From: Calcarisporiella thermophila CBS 279.70
Lineage: Eukaryota > Fungi > Calcarisporiellomycota
Assembly: GCF_041956535.1 (NCBI RefSeq)
Contig: NW_027192215.1
Span: 160,789 to 224,788 of the forward strand
Direction of reading: 5' to 3'
DNA length: 64,000 nucleotides
Shown: positions 24,311 through 36,073 of the stretch, piece after piece
How positions within the stretch are numbered: the stretch's first letter is position 1
Layout of the letters: every line of letters starts with the position of its first letter
Notes under the pieces: model-generated
What the model was told of the DNA's origin: nothing
Seen by the model: the letters and a program-made list of their open reading frames with translations, nothing else
Databases searched by the model: none
Position numbers and translations under genes: made by a program

Positions 24311-25277
24311 TCACTCAATCTTCTTTTGAGTTGCGTTAAGATTGCGAACATAAGGAAGAAAGCCAAAATATGCAATGGTTGGTTCACTTCTTAAAACGCT
24401 AGAACGAGTGAAAGTGAAAATTGTGCAAAAGAGATACATAGCAAAAGATGACAGCACATGCCTAGCGTCAATAAGCAAAAGCTCTAAATATTACTGACTT
24501 AATTTAAAAAAAAACACTTTTTTAATCTTACCACCAGGCATGCAGCTGGGGGTATGGGATATTCAAGCTAAAAAGATTAAAGCCTTGTCGTAATCGATGG
24601 CACAGATGAACATCGAATAACCAAAAAGCATATGCAATAGCAAAAGCTAATTGAGCAACCGGTGATAACAGCCATGCTCTTTGCTTGGTCCAGTTGCGCC
24701 AGGAATAATATAGGATATACAGATAGCAAATAAAAGCAAGTGATATGAAAGACGCCTGGAAAATAACAAATTCCAAAAGTTGCCACTGGCTTTCTTTGTG
24801 ATTGCCTGATACAAACATTGCCGTTGTAATAACTGAGCCATATCCCACAAGTAATAAGGGAAACCACGGTCCAAACCGTGTACATTTGGTGTTTTCCATC
24901 TCCACTGCGCAATAGAACATTGTGAGGATCATGAATATCATGGATGATTCATCCATCATCTGACCAGGAAAAAGAAGTGTCCCATGAAATGCGGTAGAAC
25001 CTAGACCCACAATAAATAGCGTACAAAAGAGCAGCCGGACTCGCCTCTCATGTTCGTAGTGGAGAAAGAGTCCAATTAATCCGATAATTGAGATAAACAA
25101 AGATGATAAAGTATTAAAATATTCGGCTATATAGTTGGAGACTTGGTAGTTTTTCTCACACCAGTCTAAAAAGGTTGGTGAGAATAACTATATTAACTGT
25201 TCAAAAACTAACTTACCAACGGTACTAGTGCTAGGAGACCAGAAGCCAATAGAATTATCATTTCCAATATCAATCAT
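24311..25277 (-). CDS. ACER3: Alkaline ceramidase (ACER3/YPC1/YDC1 family, CREST), 3 exons
   Basis: GFWSPSTSTVDWCEKNY..S.YIAEYFNTLS, GLGSTAFHGTL, QMMDESSM, QLHAWWHVLS. Ends in KKIE (ER retrieval motif). Confidence 0.93.
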
Positions 25278-26706
25278 GTTACAAAAGAAAAATAGGGGTA
25301 TATAGTAACGTATAATGATGAATTAGAATGGAGAAAGGAATAAAATACTAGAAGAAATTATCAATGTGATTTTTTAACCTAATGGCACTTAAGATTTGCG
25401 TGTGGGGTATCGTGAGAGCAGAAATATGGAATCCCAAACTATGGAATCTTAATGAGAAAATTAGTACAATAGATAAAGAATTGTATTAGAGCAACTGATA
25501 CAGGGTTGTAGCAACTAGTGCAAAATATTAGGTCTATTCAATAGGAATTATTAATATAACGAATCGTCACTATTCATTGACATGAGTTCTTCAAAGATAG
25601 TTCATCTGCAATACTAATGATTAATATGGAAAGTAGAGCATCAAGGAGGTGAATATTTAAGCGAGGTTTGTCGAATCAAAAAAGGCTGGATAGTGTAAAA
25701 TACTGATCTATGGACAAATTTTAATTGTGATTTTTATGTGTTCCAATACCAAATACATTTTTCAGCGGCCATTTCTCAAGACGTATTAAATAATTTACAA
25801 AAATACTATTAGCCGGTTAAGGTCGTCTTGGTACGTGCATCTTACATAGAATTTTCGAAATCGATCCACTACCCCAAAGATTCATTCAACCAAGACGTCA
25901 CATTTACCTTGGATTTTTGATTTCTAGCTGCTAATTAAAATTAGCTCGAATTGATGGTTCTTTTCTGCTGGACGTCCCTAAGAATGCATTTAATAGAGGC
26001 TCCGTATCAATACACAACGCATCGTGGATAGCATGTGCTCTAATCTCTTCAGCGCAAGTGCTGGCGAATTTCTGAGCAAATATTTACCGAGATAAGGCAT
26101 TTAGTTCTTTATTCTGTGTGAATGCACTTAAGTTTCTACATCGCACTAGCCAATCAATTAATAAGATCCCTTTAAGGGCGGCGGTCTGATTCACCATGGA
26201 AATCGCCCAAATAGCCCGAGCCAATTGAATAATTCAAACTTTTAGACCCTCTCTTCAGCCTTTCTCTTTTCACAAAGATATTTCAGACTGCCTGAGCGAA
26301 GTGGAAAAGCAACAAATAAAAAAACACGATTATTTGCAACGCGCCTGATAGCGCGTTTTTAATACTGATCGCGAATCGGTCAGTTAATTTTACAATAGAA
26401 TTTGCTTTTCGCCCAGTTTGACATCAAATAACGACATGGGCGCACGGTCCTTTTTCCAGTCTCTTTGTTAAATATATAATAGGCGTTTAATTTGGAGCGC
26501 GATGGTCACAATCTCCTTACTTTTTTCCTTGCTCACTAACCCCTCATTTCCTACGTGCCCATATACCCGTTTGAGCTGCGGGGTTTGGGACGTGCTATTC
26601 CGCTCATTTTCTTGCTTTCATCTTCATACAATTTCGTGGATGTTCATACTATTCATTTGTTAAGAAAGTCAGTTAATCTTCCTCTCCTGCTTCAATTCAT
26701 TCATTC

Positions 26707-28716
26707 ATGTACGGTGCTGCGCAATTCGAACTACTAGATTGGGAGCATGCCCTTGATCCTCTTGACACCTCTTTTGGTACGGCATTCCACCAATCTCTCG
26801 ACACATTTCCGAACGATTTCGGAGACTTGGCAGATTCCGGGGACGGGATCCTTGGTTCATATGCAAAAGGGGATGCTACATCTCTTCTCCGGCAATCTGA
26901 TCCTTTGACGGGATATGGAAACTGGCCGAATATCGCGGATCCCCTTGTCAGCAAAGGGGGTCTCGCCATGCCGCTAGCCCTCGCTACTGCGGAACTGGCT
27001 GGGAAGGAAGATAAAAAGATAGGTGGTGACCAGCCGCATCTAAGCTATGAGTCCTCCTCTCAGTGGTTGTCCGGTGATACGGATCCGTCATTCGCATACT
27101 CGAACAAACAGAACGTATCAAAATGGGGAAATCAGACTAATAAGGGATCTGACTGCACTCCATCCAGTCCCCAGAATTCAACTGCGGATCCTGTTCAGAC
27201 AAATTCAAGATCATTTTCTAATGGGCCTGCCATCCTCGTTACGCCTACGGATGGAAGTAATTGGCGGGAGGAATCAGATAATAATTCACAGTCTATTGAA
27301 AAACCTCACGATATACAGGTGACTTCTGAGAACGCAGCTGTGGCCCAATGTTTACCCAGTCCTTCAGCTGAGGTGCCACCCGGCGAAAGAGAGGGAAAGG
27401 ATGCGAGCATGAACACGGCACGCTACCTTGCTGCTGCATCCAATAATCTGCTACAGCAATTGGCCCATGGAGGCGGGGATATTGCTACTGTGCTCAGTCA
27501 GAATTTGGGTTCAAACTATGGGCACTATTCTACCGCTTGGCTTGAGCAATGTTTTACTGATATGAACACCCCAACACAAGGCGCTCGACCTCCGACAGCC
27601 CTCGACGACTATCTAAAGCAACTCTCGGGATTGAATTCAGGGAGTATTGGAGTCCCGCCTCAGATTAATCTGTACTCGCTCAAGGTAGAGCAATACTCAA
27701 GTATGATATCGAAGGACTAACTAATTTATTTGAGAATAATATAGGAATTGAATGCTTATGTTGCCGAGGCAGATTCTGCGCTTTTATCCATGCTTAATGA
27801 AACCGCTAATATCAAATTAAAGCGCCAATGCGAGGAGCTTTTCTTGCCCAAAATGCAGATTTCCGTCACGCCAGCTGGTGAACTCGACTCACCTTTATCC
27901 GTATCTCCCTCGTCGAGATGGGACCCTCAAGTCTATTCACCGCCACAGTTGGCCCCGCCATCAGCCCACAAAAGAGCATCGCCCCCATCTCCTCCTGCTA
28001 CCCCTACTAAGTTGTTTCTTCCTGGATCGGGGAACGGTTATCTCTCTATTCAACATGGCTTGGATCAGGATGATACTTCACCACCGGCAAAAAGACAGTT
28101 CGGGACACTTAGAAGATCAGCATCAAGCATTGCTTGCTCTCTGTCATACAATCCAAATCTTAATGAAGACGATACTGTTACAATGACATCGATGGCAGAA
28201 GAAGAAGATGATGATGATTCGGAGAAAGCAGGTAGTGAACTCTTTAATGTGGACTTTTTCTTTTCTGGTTCTGATGCCCGATTAGCCCGCGGTAAAAAGC
28301 ATGGCATGGCCGGACGGAAGGGAGAAAAAAAATATGGAGTTAATATTCCACGAAGATCATCTATGCCATGTTTATCTAAACATGGCAATGGTCTGTCTAG
28401 CTCGGTATCACGCGCGGGAAGTGGGGGAAATTCACCAATTTTTCAGGCATGTTTTAATTGTAAGCGCTCTCACTTAGGATGTGATAGTACGCGCCCATGC
28501 CGTAGATGCGTGCACAAGGGAATAGAGGATACATGTTTCGATGTTCCGCCAAAACAGCGCGGCAGACCCCGCAAAATTAAGAAAGATGAGCAGAACGCTA
28601 TTCCGTCGATCACTAATACTATTTCTAATTTCACAAAACAATCAAGTCTCGATTGCAATCACCCTGTCTCTTCGTCAGCATATAATTTGGATGCTTTTTC
28701 TACTTCGCTAAGTTGA
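26707..28716 (+). CDS. Zn(II)2Cys6 transcription factor with C-terminal zinc cluster (Rds2/Ert1/AcuK-like cluster type), 2 exons
   Basis: ACFNCKRSHLGCDSTRPCRRCVHKGIEDTCFDVPPKQRGRPRK. One GT-AG intron (~27684-27744) joins the two long ORFs. Confidence 0.88.
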
Positions 28717-28927
28717 TTTTTTTTCTTTCCCTTGGAAATTACATTTAATTTAACCTAGTCTCCTTTTCCTTATTTAATTTCTCTCTTTTCGATTTTCGAT
28801 AAACTGGTCTTGTAAATATTTTTTTTTGTAATAAATAATTTAGAAAATTTAGTTTAAATTTGTGACTTGTGAATATTCCCAGCACTCTCTTTTGTTCTTT
28901 CTCCTCGATATTACTAGAAGGATAACT

Positions 28928-30419
28928 ATGTCTCTTTACGGCGATCTTAAACCTGACACTTCGAAAGTGTCTTCAGACAAAGAGCCCGCTCTTCCAAAAT
29001 CATCTGCAGGTAGCTCCTGACAATCAATCGTAAATGGCCTGGCATTCATCCCCTCAATTGCTTGTCGGCCAATTACATTTTATCGTGATAGTTTTTTATA
29101 ATAACTAAGCATTAGAGAATATTATATTTAATAATTTTTCTAATCTATAACTATTACTGTGTGCGAACAAAAATCACATAAATAGCGAATTGGTCGGCGT
29201 TAACTAGATTCAAACCTGTAATTCAGAGGAGGCCCAATCCGACAAAGAAAGTTGTCTCTTCAAGAACTGTCAGTAAACCTAGTATTACGGCCACTGTAAC
29301 AACTTCTAATAGCACGGGATCGGAATGCGATAAGCAAATTCAAACCTTCAAAGCTGATGAAGAGACGAAGCTAGTACCTAATTTGCCGGATAACGACTAT
29401 CGTTCTAAGGCACTACCTATACAACAATCAAGTGTACGTATATCTTTCCAAATTAATTATTATTTTGTCCATATATAATTAACGATTAATATTAAACAGA
29501 AAAAAGGAAAGGGCACTGCAATTAGATCAAATCCACTATCCCTTGAAGATGATTACAATCCATCGTTTCCAAACAATTATGAGGAATATAAAGAAGCAGA
29601 GAAGCGAAGAAAAGAAGAGAAATCGCTCTACGATCGAGGAAATAGGCGCTCAGGTTCTTATGATTCAGATCTAGACTATCAAGAACTTAGTATGTTGTTC
29701 ATCAGTATTTTTCAATTTTTTTACTTACAATTTTATATTTTATATTATAGGCAATTTTCCACCTCCAGCTTCACTCTATTCGAGTGGTAATCAAATACTG
29801 GATTTATCACCCCAGGCGCAACAAAATCAAGCTTCAGTAGAGCATCCATCGGTCGACAGCTCAGAAACGGGAGAAGAGGCATATCTACGAAGGGTCCAGA
29901 TGAGCGTTAGACAGAATCCTATGAGCACGATTGCTGTGTAATACTTGGTTCTTTTGGATATGCAGGCTTTCTTATATTAATATTATTACAATATTTCTAG
30001 AGCTGACCAAAGGCTAGATCCTGAACAACAAAATGTAGTTGCTTCGAATCAGTCGCCTGAAAAACTTTCTACAGTAATCGTTCTCACAAATATGGTGCTT
30101 ATTTTCTTGTGTCTGTAGATTTGGTATATTGGATAATTTACCACTTTATACTTTGATATTTTACTAGGTGGGCCCAGGAGAAGTTGATGACAACTTGCAA
30201 GGCGAGACAGCAGAGGAATGTAAGAAGTACGGAAAAGTAGAAAGATGTTTGATTTTTGAGATCCCTGGGCAAGAAGTTCGTATTTTTGTGCGTTTCTCAA
30301 CATTGGAGTCAGCAGGAAGAGCGCTCGCCGATCTGAATGGACGATTTTTCGGTGGAAGAGTTGTTTCTGCCCGATTTTATGATGAGAAGAAGTTTGATAG
30401 TTTGGACTTGGGAGACTAG
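28928..30419 (+). CDS. SPF45: Splicing factor SPF45/RBM17-like UHM protein, 6 exons
   Basis: MSLYGDL start, EDDYNPSFPNNYEEYK (SPF45 motif), ETGEEAYLRR, and UHM domain VIVLTNMVGPGEVDDNLQGETAEECKKYG..VRIFVRF..A.ADLNGRFFGGRVV.ARFYD. Confidence 0.88.
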
Positions 30420-30502
30420 GTGTCATTTTCATAATTTTTTATTTTTCGATTAATTTAATCTATTATACATGCAATTCCAACATGCAACACGTCATCGTAG
30501 TA

Positions 30503-30511
30503 AAATTCGTA
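30503..30511 (+). promoter_or_regulatory. Candidate ribosomal-protein promoter motif AAATTCGTA (RPS9)
   Basis: An identical 9-mer precedes RPL15 at 31901. Confidence 0.35.
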
Positions 30512-30584
30512 AACATTTTTTTTGCCTCTGATACCGTCTTAACTTCACGGTTGCGAGTAGGCCAGAAGTGAATTTAAAGCAGTT

Positions 30585-31355
30585 ATGCCAAAGGTCCCTA
30601 GAAATTGTATCCTTTTAGTCTTACGCCAATGATCTACTGAATTTTTTCCTGGATATATTGAAATTTGATCCAATTCTTTGTGAATTTATTTTATAACGCT
30701 TCTGCCAATATATGACATTACCTTCACTCTTGACATCATCCAGGTTCCAAGACCTACAAGGTTCCACGTCGCCCATTTGAATCTGAGCGGCTTGATCACG
30801 AGCTTAAACTTGTCGGTGAGTACGGTCTTCGCAATAAACGTGAAGTATGGCGGGTAGGTTATACTCTGTCAAAGATCCGTCGTGCGGCTCGTGAACTTCT
30901 TACACTGGAAGAAAAAGATCCTCGGCGCCTTTTTGAGGGTAATGCACTTATCCGCCGGCTAGTACGCATTGGGGTACTTGATGAATCCAAAATGAAACTC
31001 GATTATGTGCTTTCGCTGAAAATTGAAGATTTCTTGGAACGACGCCTTCAAACACAAGTGTTCAAGCTCGGGTTGGCTAAATCAATTCACCATGCTCGAG
31101 TATTGATTAGACAACGACACATCCGGTATTTTATTTTAGACGAGATGATTTCAAATATAACGTTTGTATAATAGCTCTTCCTACAATAGAGTTGGGCGTC
31201 AGATGGTAAACATCCCCAGTTTCGTAGTTCGGCTTGATTCACAAAAACACATCGACTTCGCATTAACCTCACCGTATGGTGGTGGTCGTCCCGGCCGTGT
31301 TAAACGTAAGCGTCAAAAATCTGCGTCCAACAATGCTGAAGATGATGAAGAATAG
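30585..31355 (+). CDS. RPS9: 40S ribosomal protein S9 (uS4), 3 exons
   Basis: [45 protein letters not shown]...[55 protein letters not shown]. Confidence 0.98.
30607..30743 (+). other. U12-type (minor spliceosome) GT-AG intron in RPS9
   Basis: Donor GTATCCTTTT; branch-site-like TTACCTTCAC (30718-30727) about 17 nt before the CAG; no polypyrimidine tract. Removing it restores the RPS9 frame. Confidence 0.85.
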
Positions 31356-31900
31356 TTTTAGCGGACAATTATTTCATGAAGTTGCTGCCTACTCTAAAAT
31401 AAAGAATACATAACTAATCTATGTAAAAGTGTAACTTTTATAATTTAAATGGACTCTAGCAACTATAGCATTTCGGGAGCTCAATACAGATATATGGCGA
31501 GTAAGGATATGTGAATTAAAAAATAACATCATATATACGAAATGATACTTTGAAAATGAACTTTAAATCTGGTTACAATGTATTATGAGATGATAAAGCA
31601 AGTCTCCATGTGCCATCATGTTATTGTTTTCTCCTCTATTGACTTCGGAAAAGAGCTATCTACTAATGAACACGAATTTATTTTATTCCTTATTGTAACA
31701 AATTCATTGTGGTAATATAATGACTGGCTTAAAATTTACCACAAGTTTCTCTAGTTTAAATTACAAGTATGTACAAGTATATCCATGGCTTAAAGTATAA
31801 TAGAAGTCTGCTCTAAATGCAAAATTACATACTGGTATTCTATTAGATGAATCATACTACTAAAATTGGAATACCAAATTTGTTAATGGAATCCAATTCG

Positions 31901-31965
31901 AAATTCGTACGCAAAGAAATCGTGAAAAGTTCTTGGGCGACTGAATCTAACTCCTTCTCTTTTCC
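31901..31965 (+). promoter_or_regulatory. AAATTCGTA motif plus a TOP-like pyrimidine tract (CTCCTTCTCTTTTCC) ahead of RPL15
   Basis: Motif at 31901-31909 and pyrimidine run at 31951-31965, just before a probable 5'UTR intron (31986-32103). Confidence 0.4.
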
Positions 31966-32116
31966 ACCTCGTTAAAAGACTTAAGGTAACTATATGCATC
32001 CATCCATTGAAATATAAATGCATCCATCAATGAATGAATAAAATATCAATTCATGTCTAGTTAGAAAACTTACTTTTCTATCCATTTCGATTTGTCTATA
32101 TAGGCCACTAGCTACC

Positions 32117-32862
32117 ATGGGTGGTAAGTAGTAAGAGATCTAGTTTTATTGTATTAAGTTCTAATGTTATATTGCTTCATTCTCTCCGATTAGCGTACAA
32201 GTATCTTGAAGGCAAGTTTGACCTCTATAAATTAGTCTAGAAATGAGCGCTTAGTTTTAATAATAATAGAACTCTACAAGAAGAAGCAATCAGATGTTAT
32301 GCGCTTCTTGCTGCGTGTTCGTTGCTGGGAATATAGACAATTGAATGTTATTCATCGTGCTTCACGTCCCTCGCGTCCCGACAAAGCTCGTCGCCTCGGT
32401 TATAAAGCTAAACAGGGCTATGTTATCTATCGCATCCGCGTTCGTCGTGGTGGCCGTAAGAAGCCTGTGCCAAAAGGTCAGACTTATGGCAAACCCGTCC
32501 GTCAAGGTGTCACTCAGCTTAAATACCAAAAGTCCCTACGTGTCACCGCAGAGGAACGTGTTGGCCGCCGATGTGGAAACTTGCGTGTGCTAAATTCCTA
32601 CTGGATTAATAGTGATAGCACATATAAGTACTTTGAAGTTATTCTTGTTGATCCCAATCATAAAGCAATCCGCCGCGATCCCCGCATTAACTGGATTTGC
32701 AATCCAGTGCATAAGCACCGTGAGGCCCGTGGCCTCACCGCTATTGGGCGTAAGTCCCGCGGTATTGCAGGACGCGGCCACTTGTTCAACAACATGAAGG
32801 GAGGAGGCCGTCGTGCCAACTGGCGTCGCAACAATACTCTTTCTCTTCGCCGATATCGCTAA
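32117..32862 (+). CDS. RPL15: 60S ribosomal protein L15 (eL15); first two coding segments are 7 and 18 nt
   Basis: ATG GGT G|..|CG TAC AAG TAT CTT GAA G|gcaagt..atag|AA CTC gives [32 protein letters not shown]...SLRRYR. Confidence 0.98.
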
Positions 32863-33058
32863 AAGCTCCTTTGCGGTTCTGCTGTTTTATTGTCCATTTA
32901 TTCATTTCCTTTATAAATAAATACCTTTTCAACGAAGACTGATGATTTACCATCTAGATTATACTATCGAATACTTTTATTCCGCAGCAAATAGAATGAA
33001 TTTGAGAACAAGGGCGCTTTTTGACTTCTATTTTTTTCTCGCAACAGATTATATAAAT

Positions 33059-33460
33059 ATGTCAGAAAACGAAAAGGTATACTAGAATAAGGTGTTTATT
33101 AGTTCGCATGTACAATTAATTACGCTATCATATTATATAGGAGAAAAAGCCAGATGTTGAGCACATTAATATAAAAGTTGTTGGCAGTGTAAGCTAGGAA
33201 TTTGTATTTGTATATGTATTTTTTTAAGCTCATCATAATTATAGGATCATAACGAAGTATATTTCAAAATCAAACGAAACACACAACTTAGACGCCTCAT
33301 GACAGCCTATTGTGAACGCCAGGGAAAATCGCTTAACTCTGTGCGCTTCTTATACGATGGCCAACGGATATCACCTGAAAACACGCCAGAAGATTTGGAA
33401 ATGGAAAACGGAGATACTATTGACGTAATGGTGGAACAATTGGGGGGAAAATTATATTGA
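33059..33460 (+). CDS. SMT3: SUMO (Smt3), 3 exons; not in the ORF track
   Basis: MSENEK|EKKPDVEHINIKVVGS|DHNEVYFKIKRNTQLRRLMTAYCERQGKSLNSVRFLYDGQRISPENTPEDLEMENGDTIDVMVEQLGG-KLY*. Confidence 0.96.
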
Positions 33461-34121
33461 GGATGGCCCATAATGGGCATAATGTTGAATTTTAGCATCT
33501 CTTGGTATACAACTATTCTGCAGCGGTTTTGAGAAGCTTATATTGAAATACGAGTGGCATATGAATTAGCATAGGTGAATGTTATAATGTATATATTGTG
33601 TTTTATTGTTTTCAGAAATTTTGGTACGTTTTTCGTTTAATATTTAACCTTTTATATACTATGTTGTAAATGAGAAGATCATAGATGTGGTATTTACTTG
33701 TAATTATGGTTATGGGCTTTTCATTTGGGGTAATATTCTTTCATATAGAGGACAGAAATCTGCGCTCGATATTGAATTGATCCTTTATCATTTAAACGAT
33801 ATTACCTTTTGAAATGAAACCTGCTAATCGCATACTCTTTCTTCTCGTCACAGAAAGACTATGAATATTTATATAGTCTTAAGAATCAGCCATTAAAATA
33901 ACCATTCGCTTATATTCAAGATTTAACGTTATTGAAATACATGAATTTGTAACGATATTTATTAGCGTTATTGTCCAAAATTTATTTTCTTATATTTTCT
34001 ATCTAACGTTTCATTATGATCTCCTTTTCAATTCTATTAGTAATATCATTGATAAGCCACTGAATCAAATTAATTACTCGGGATCGCTGCAGAACGTTAT
34101 CAACCTATTTTGCTTGCAATA

Positions 34122-35466
34122 ATGGCTATACCTAAGAAACTTACCACAAAACCAGAGTGTTCTGCATTTATCGAAAATTTTAACACATTTTTATTTGATT
34201 GTGATGGTAAACTATACGTTGTAGGATTTTTTTTAAAATTTTTCTTCTCAACAACGTTATTCATTAGGAGTACTTTGGGATGGTGATCAAATTCTTCCCG
34301 GTGTTAGGGAGGTTTTGGAATTTCTACGTTCAAAAGGTACACATCTCATAGATTGTATTTCATGTTCAAATTTTCATTTTAATATTTAATAGGAAAGCGA
34401 ATCATTTTTGTGACAAACAATAGCACAAAATCACGCACAGCTTATAAAGCCAAATTTAATAAGCTGCAAATTGATGTCAGCACTGAGGAAATTTTTGGAT
34501 CTTCCTACGCATCGGCCGTATGGTTGCGTAAGGTAGCCAAGTTTCCCGCCGATAAAAAGGTCTATATCATCGGACAATCTGGTATCGAGGAAGAGCTTGC
34601 CTCTGAGGGTATTCAATATTGTGGTGCTGGGGTATTTCATTTTCTCCAAATAGTACCAGTGACTACCTCTTCTAAAGGCTATGTAAAACTTTTTTGAAAT
34701 AGGAAGACAATGAGAATGTTGCAGATATGAGTTTCAAAGATATTATCCCCGATCCTCAGGTAGATAAGAATCACGGTTTATTTTTTCTAGTAACAACTTA
34801 TATGATATACTCGTAGATTGGAGCTGTGCTATGTGGATTTGATTTGCATATCAACTACAAAAAGTACGCTAAAGCCTTCACCTATATTCGCTCGAACCCT
34901 GAATGCTATTTCTTACTTACTAATAACGATACCACCTATCCTGCTAATGGGACTATTTTCCCAGGTAATGTAATTTTTGGACGGTTCTATATTCATTACT
35001 AACGCAAAATGTATATCAAAGGAACGGGTTCAATTGTATCTCCTTTGATAACCTCACTAAACCGCCAACCGGATGCTGTGCTTGGAAAGCCAAATCAAAG
35101 TATGATGGACTGTATCAAGGCTAAGTAAGGAAGAAATCTATGAACCCCTTCGTTTGTTCTTTGGTATTAACCTGAACGAAATACTCAATTCATAGATATG
35201 ATATTGACCCACAAACCACTTGTATGGTTGGTGATCGTATTGATACTGATATTCAGTTTGGGATCAACGGCGGCCTTTCCACTTTGCTTGTGCTCAGTGG
35301 TAAGTCTGGATATTTATTGAGGCTCCTCATTTGCAAATAATGTTAGCTCACCTGGTCAAATTTGTAAAATGCAGGAGTCACGACTCAATCAGAACTAGAG
35401 CACTCCGAAATTCTCCCTAACTATTATATTAACAGCTTGGGTGATTTATCTATCGCAATTCAATGA
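34122..35466 (+). CDS. PHO13: HAD-IIA phosphatase (PHO13/phosphoglycolate phosphatase), 8 exons
   Basis: FLFDCDGVLW, FVTNNSTKSR, TNNDTTYP..PGTGSIV, LGKP, CMVGDRIDTDIQFGINGGL.TLLVLSGVT. Confidence 0.93.
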
Positions 35467-36073
35467 TTTAGACTATAGAGAGAATTTTATTTATCAAATA
35501 GAAATAAAGCTATAGAGATGCCTTTTATTGTTAAGCACTTGTTTTGAAGCTAGTGTTTGGGGGCTGGCTTTTGGCGAAGCCTTGCATTTTCAAAGACAAC
35601 TTTATTGTAGAATGGCACTCATAATAATATGTGAGTTTTGTAAATTGAGCTCAACCCATTATTCATTTAAGTGAGCGTTTTCTAATCGGGTCAAATCATT
35701 CGTTAATGCAGCAATAAGATAAAAAGATACACTCCGTATTGTGCTAGAAATATGGCGAGAAAATGGTCTTCTATATTAAGCTTTTCTTGGTGTGCCCCTT
35801 CTATTTAGATATTTTTGGCTTATTTGGAAAAAGTTTTTGTAACCACGTTTCCGATTTCCAAATATTATTCAGTATATAAACAGTAGTTTGAATATTATTT
35901 TCCTCTTTTTTATTTCCCTCAATCCGTTATTCTCTAAATATATTTTCGCCTGGTAGCGATATATTTTTATCCAATACCGCAGGAACGGTCTACTTACTTT
36001 GTATACTCACCTTCTTTTCTGCCTCTACCCGCTGGTACGGTTTTATTATACCTTTCCCAGGCCTTTTTTCAAA

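Noticed and set aside
25824-25897. 9-bp inverted repeat CGTCTTGGT/ACCAAGACG in the long intergenic region
   Set aside because: Too short to exceed chance, with no snRNA, tRNA or Sm-site context.
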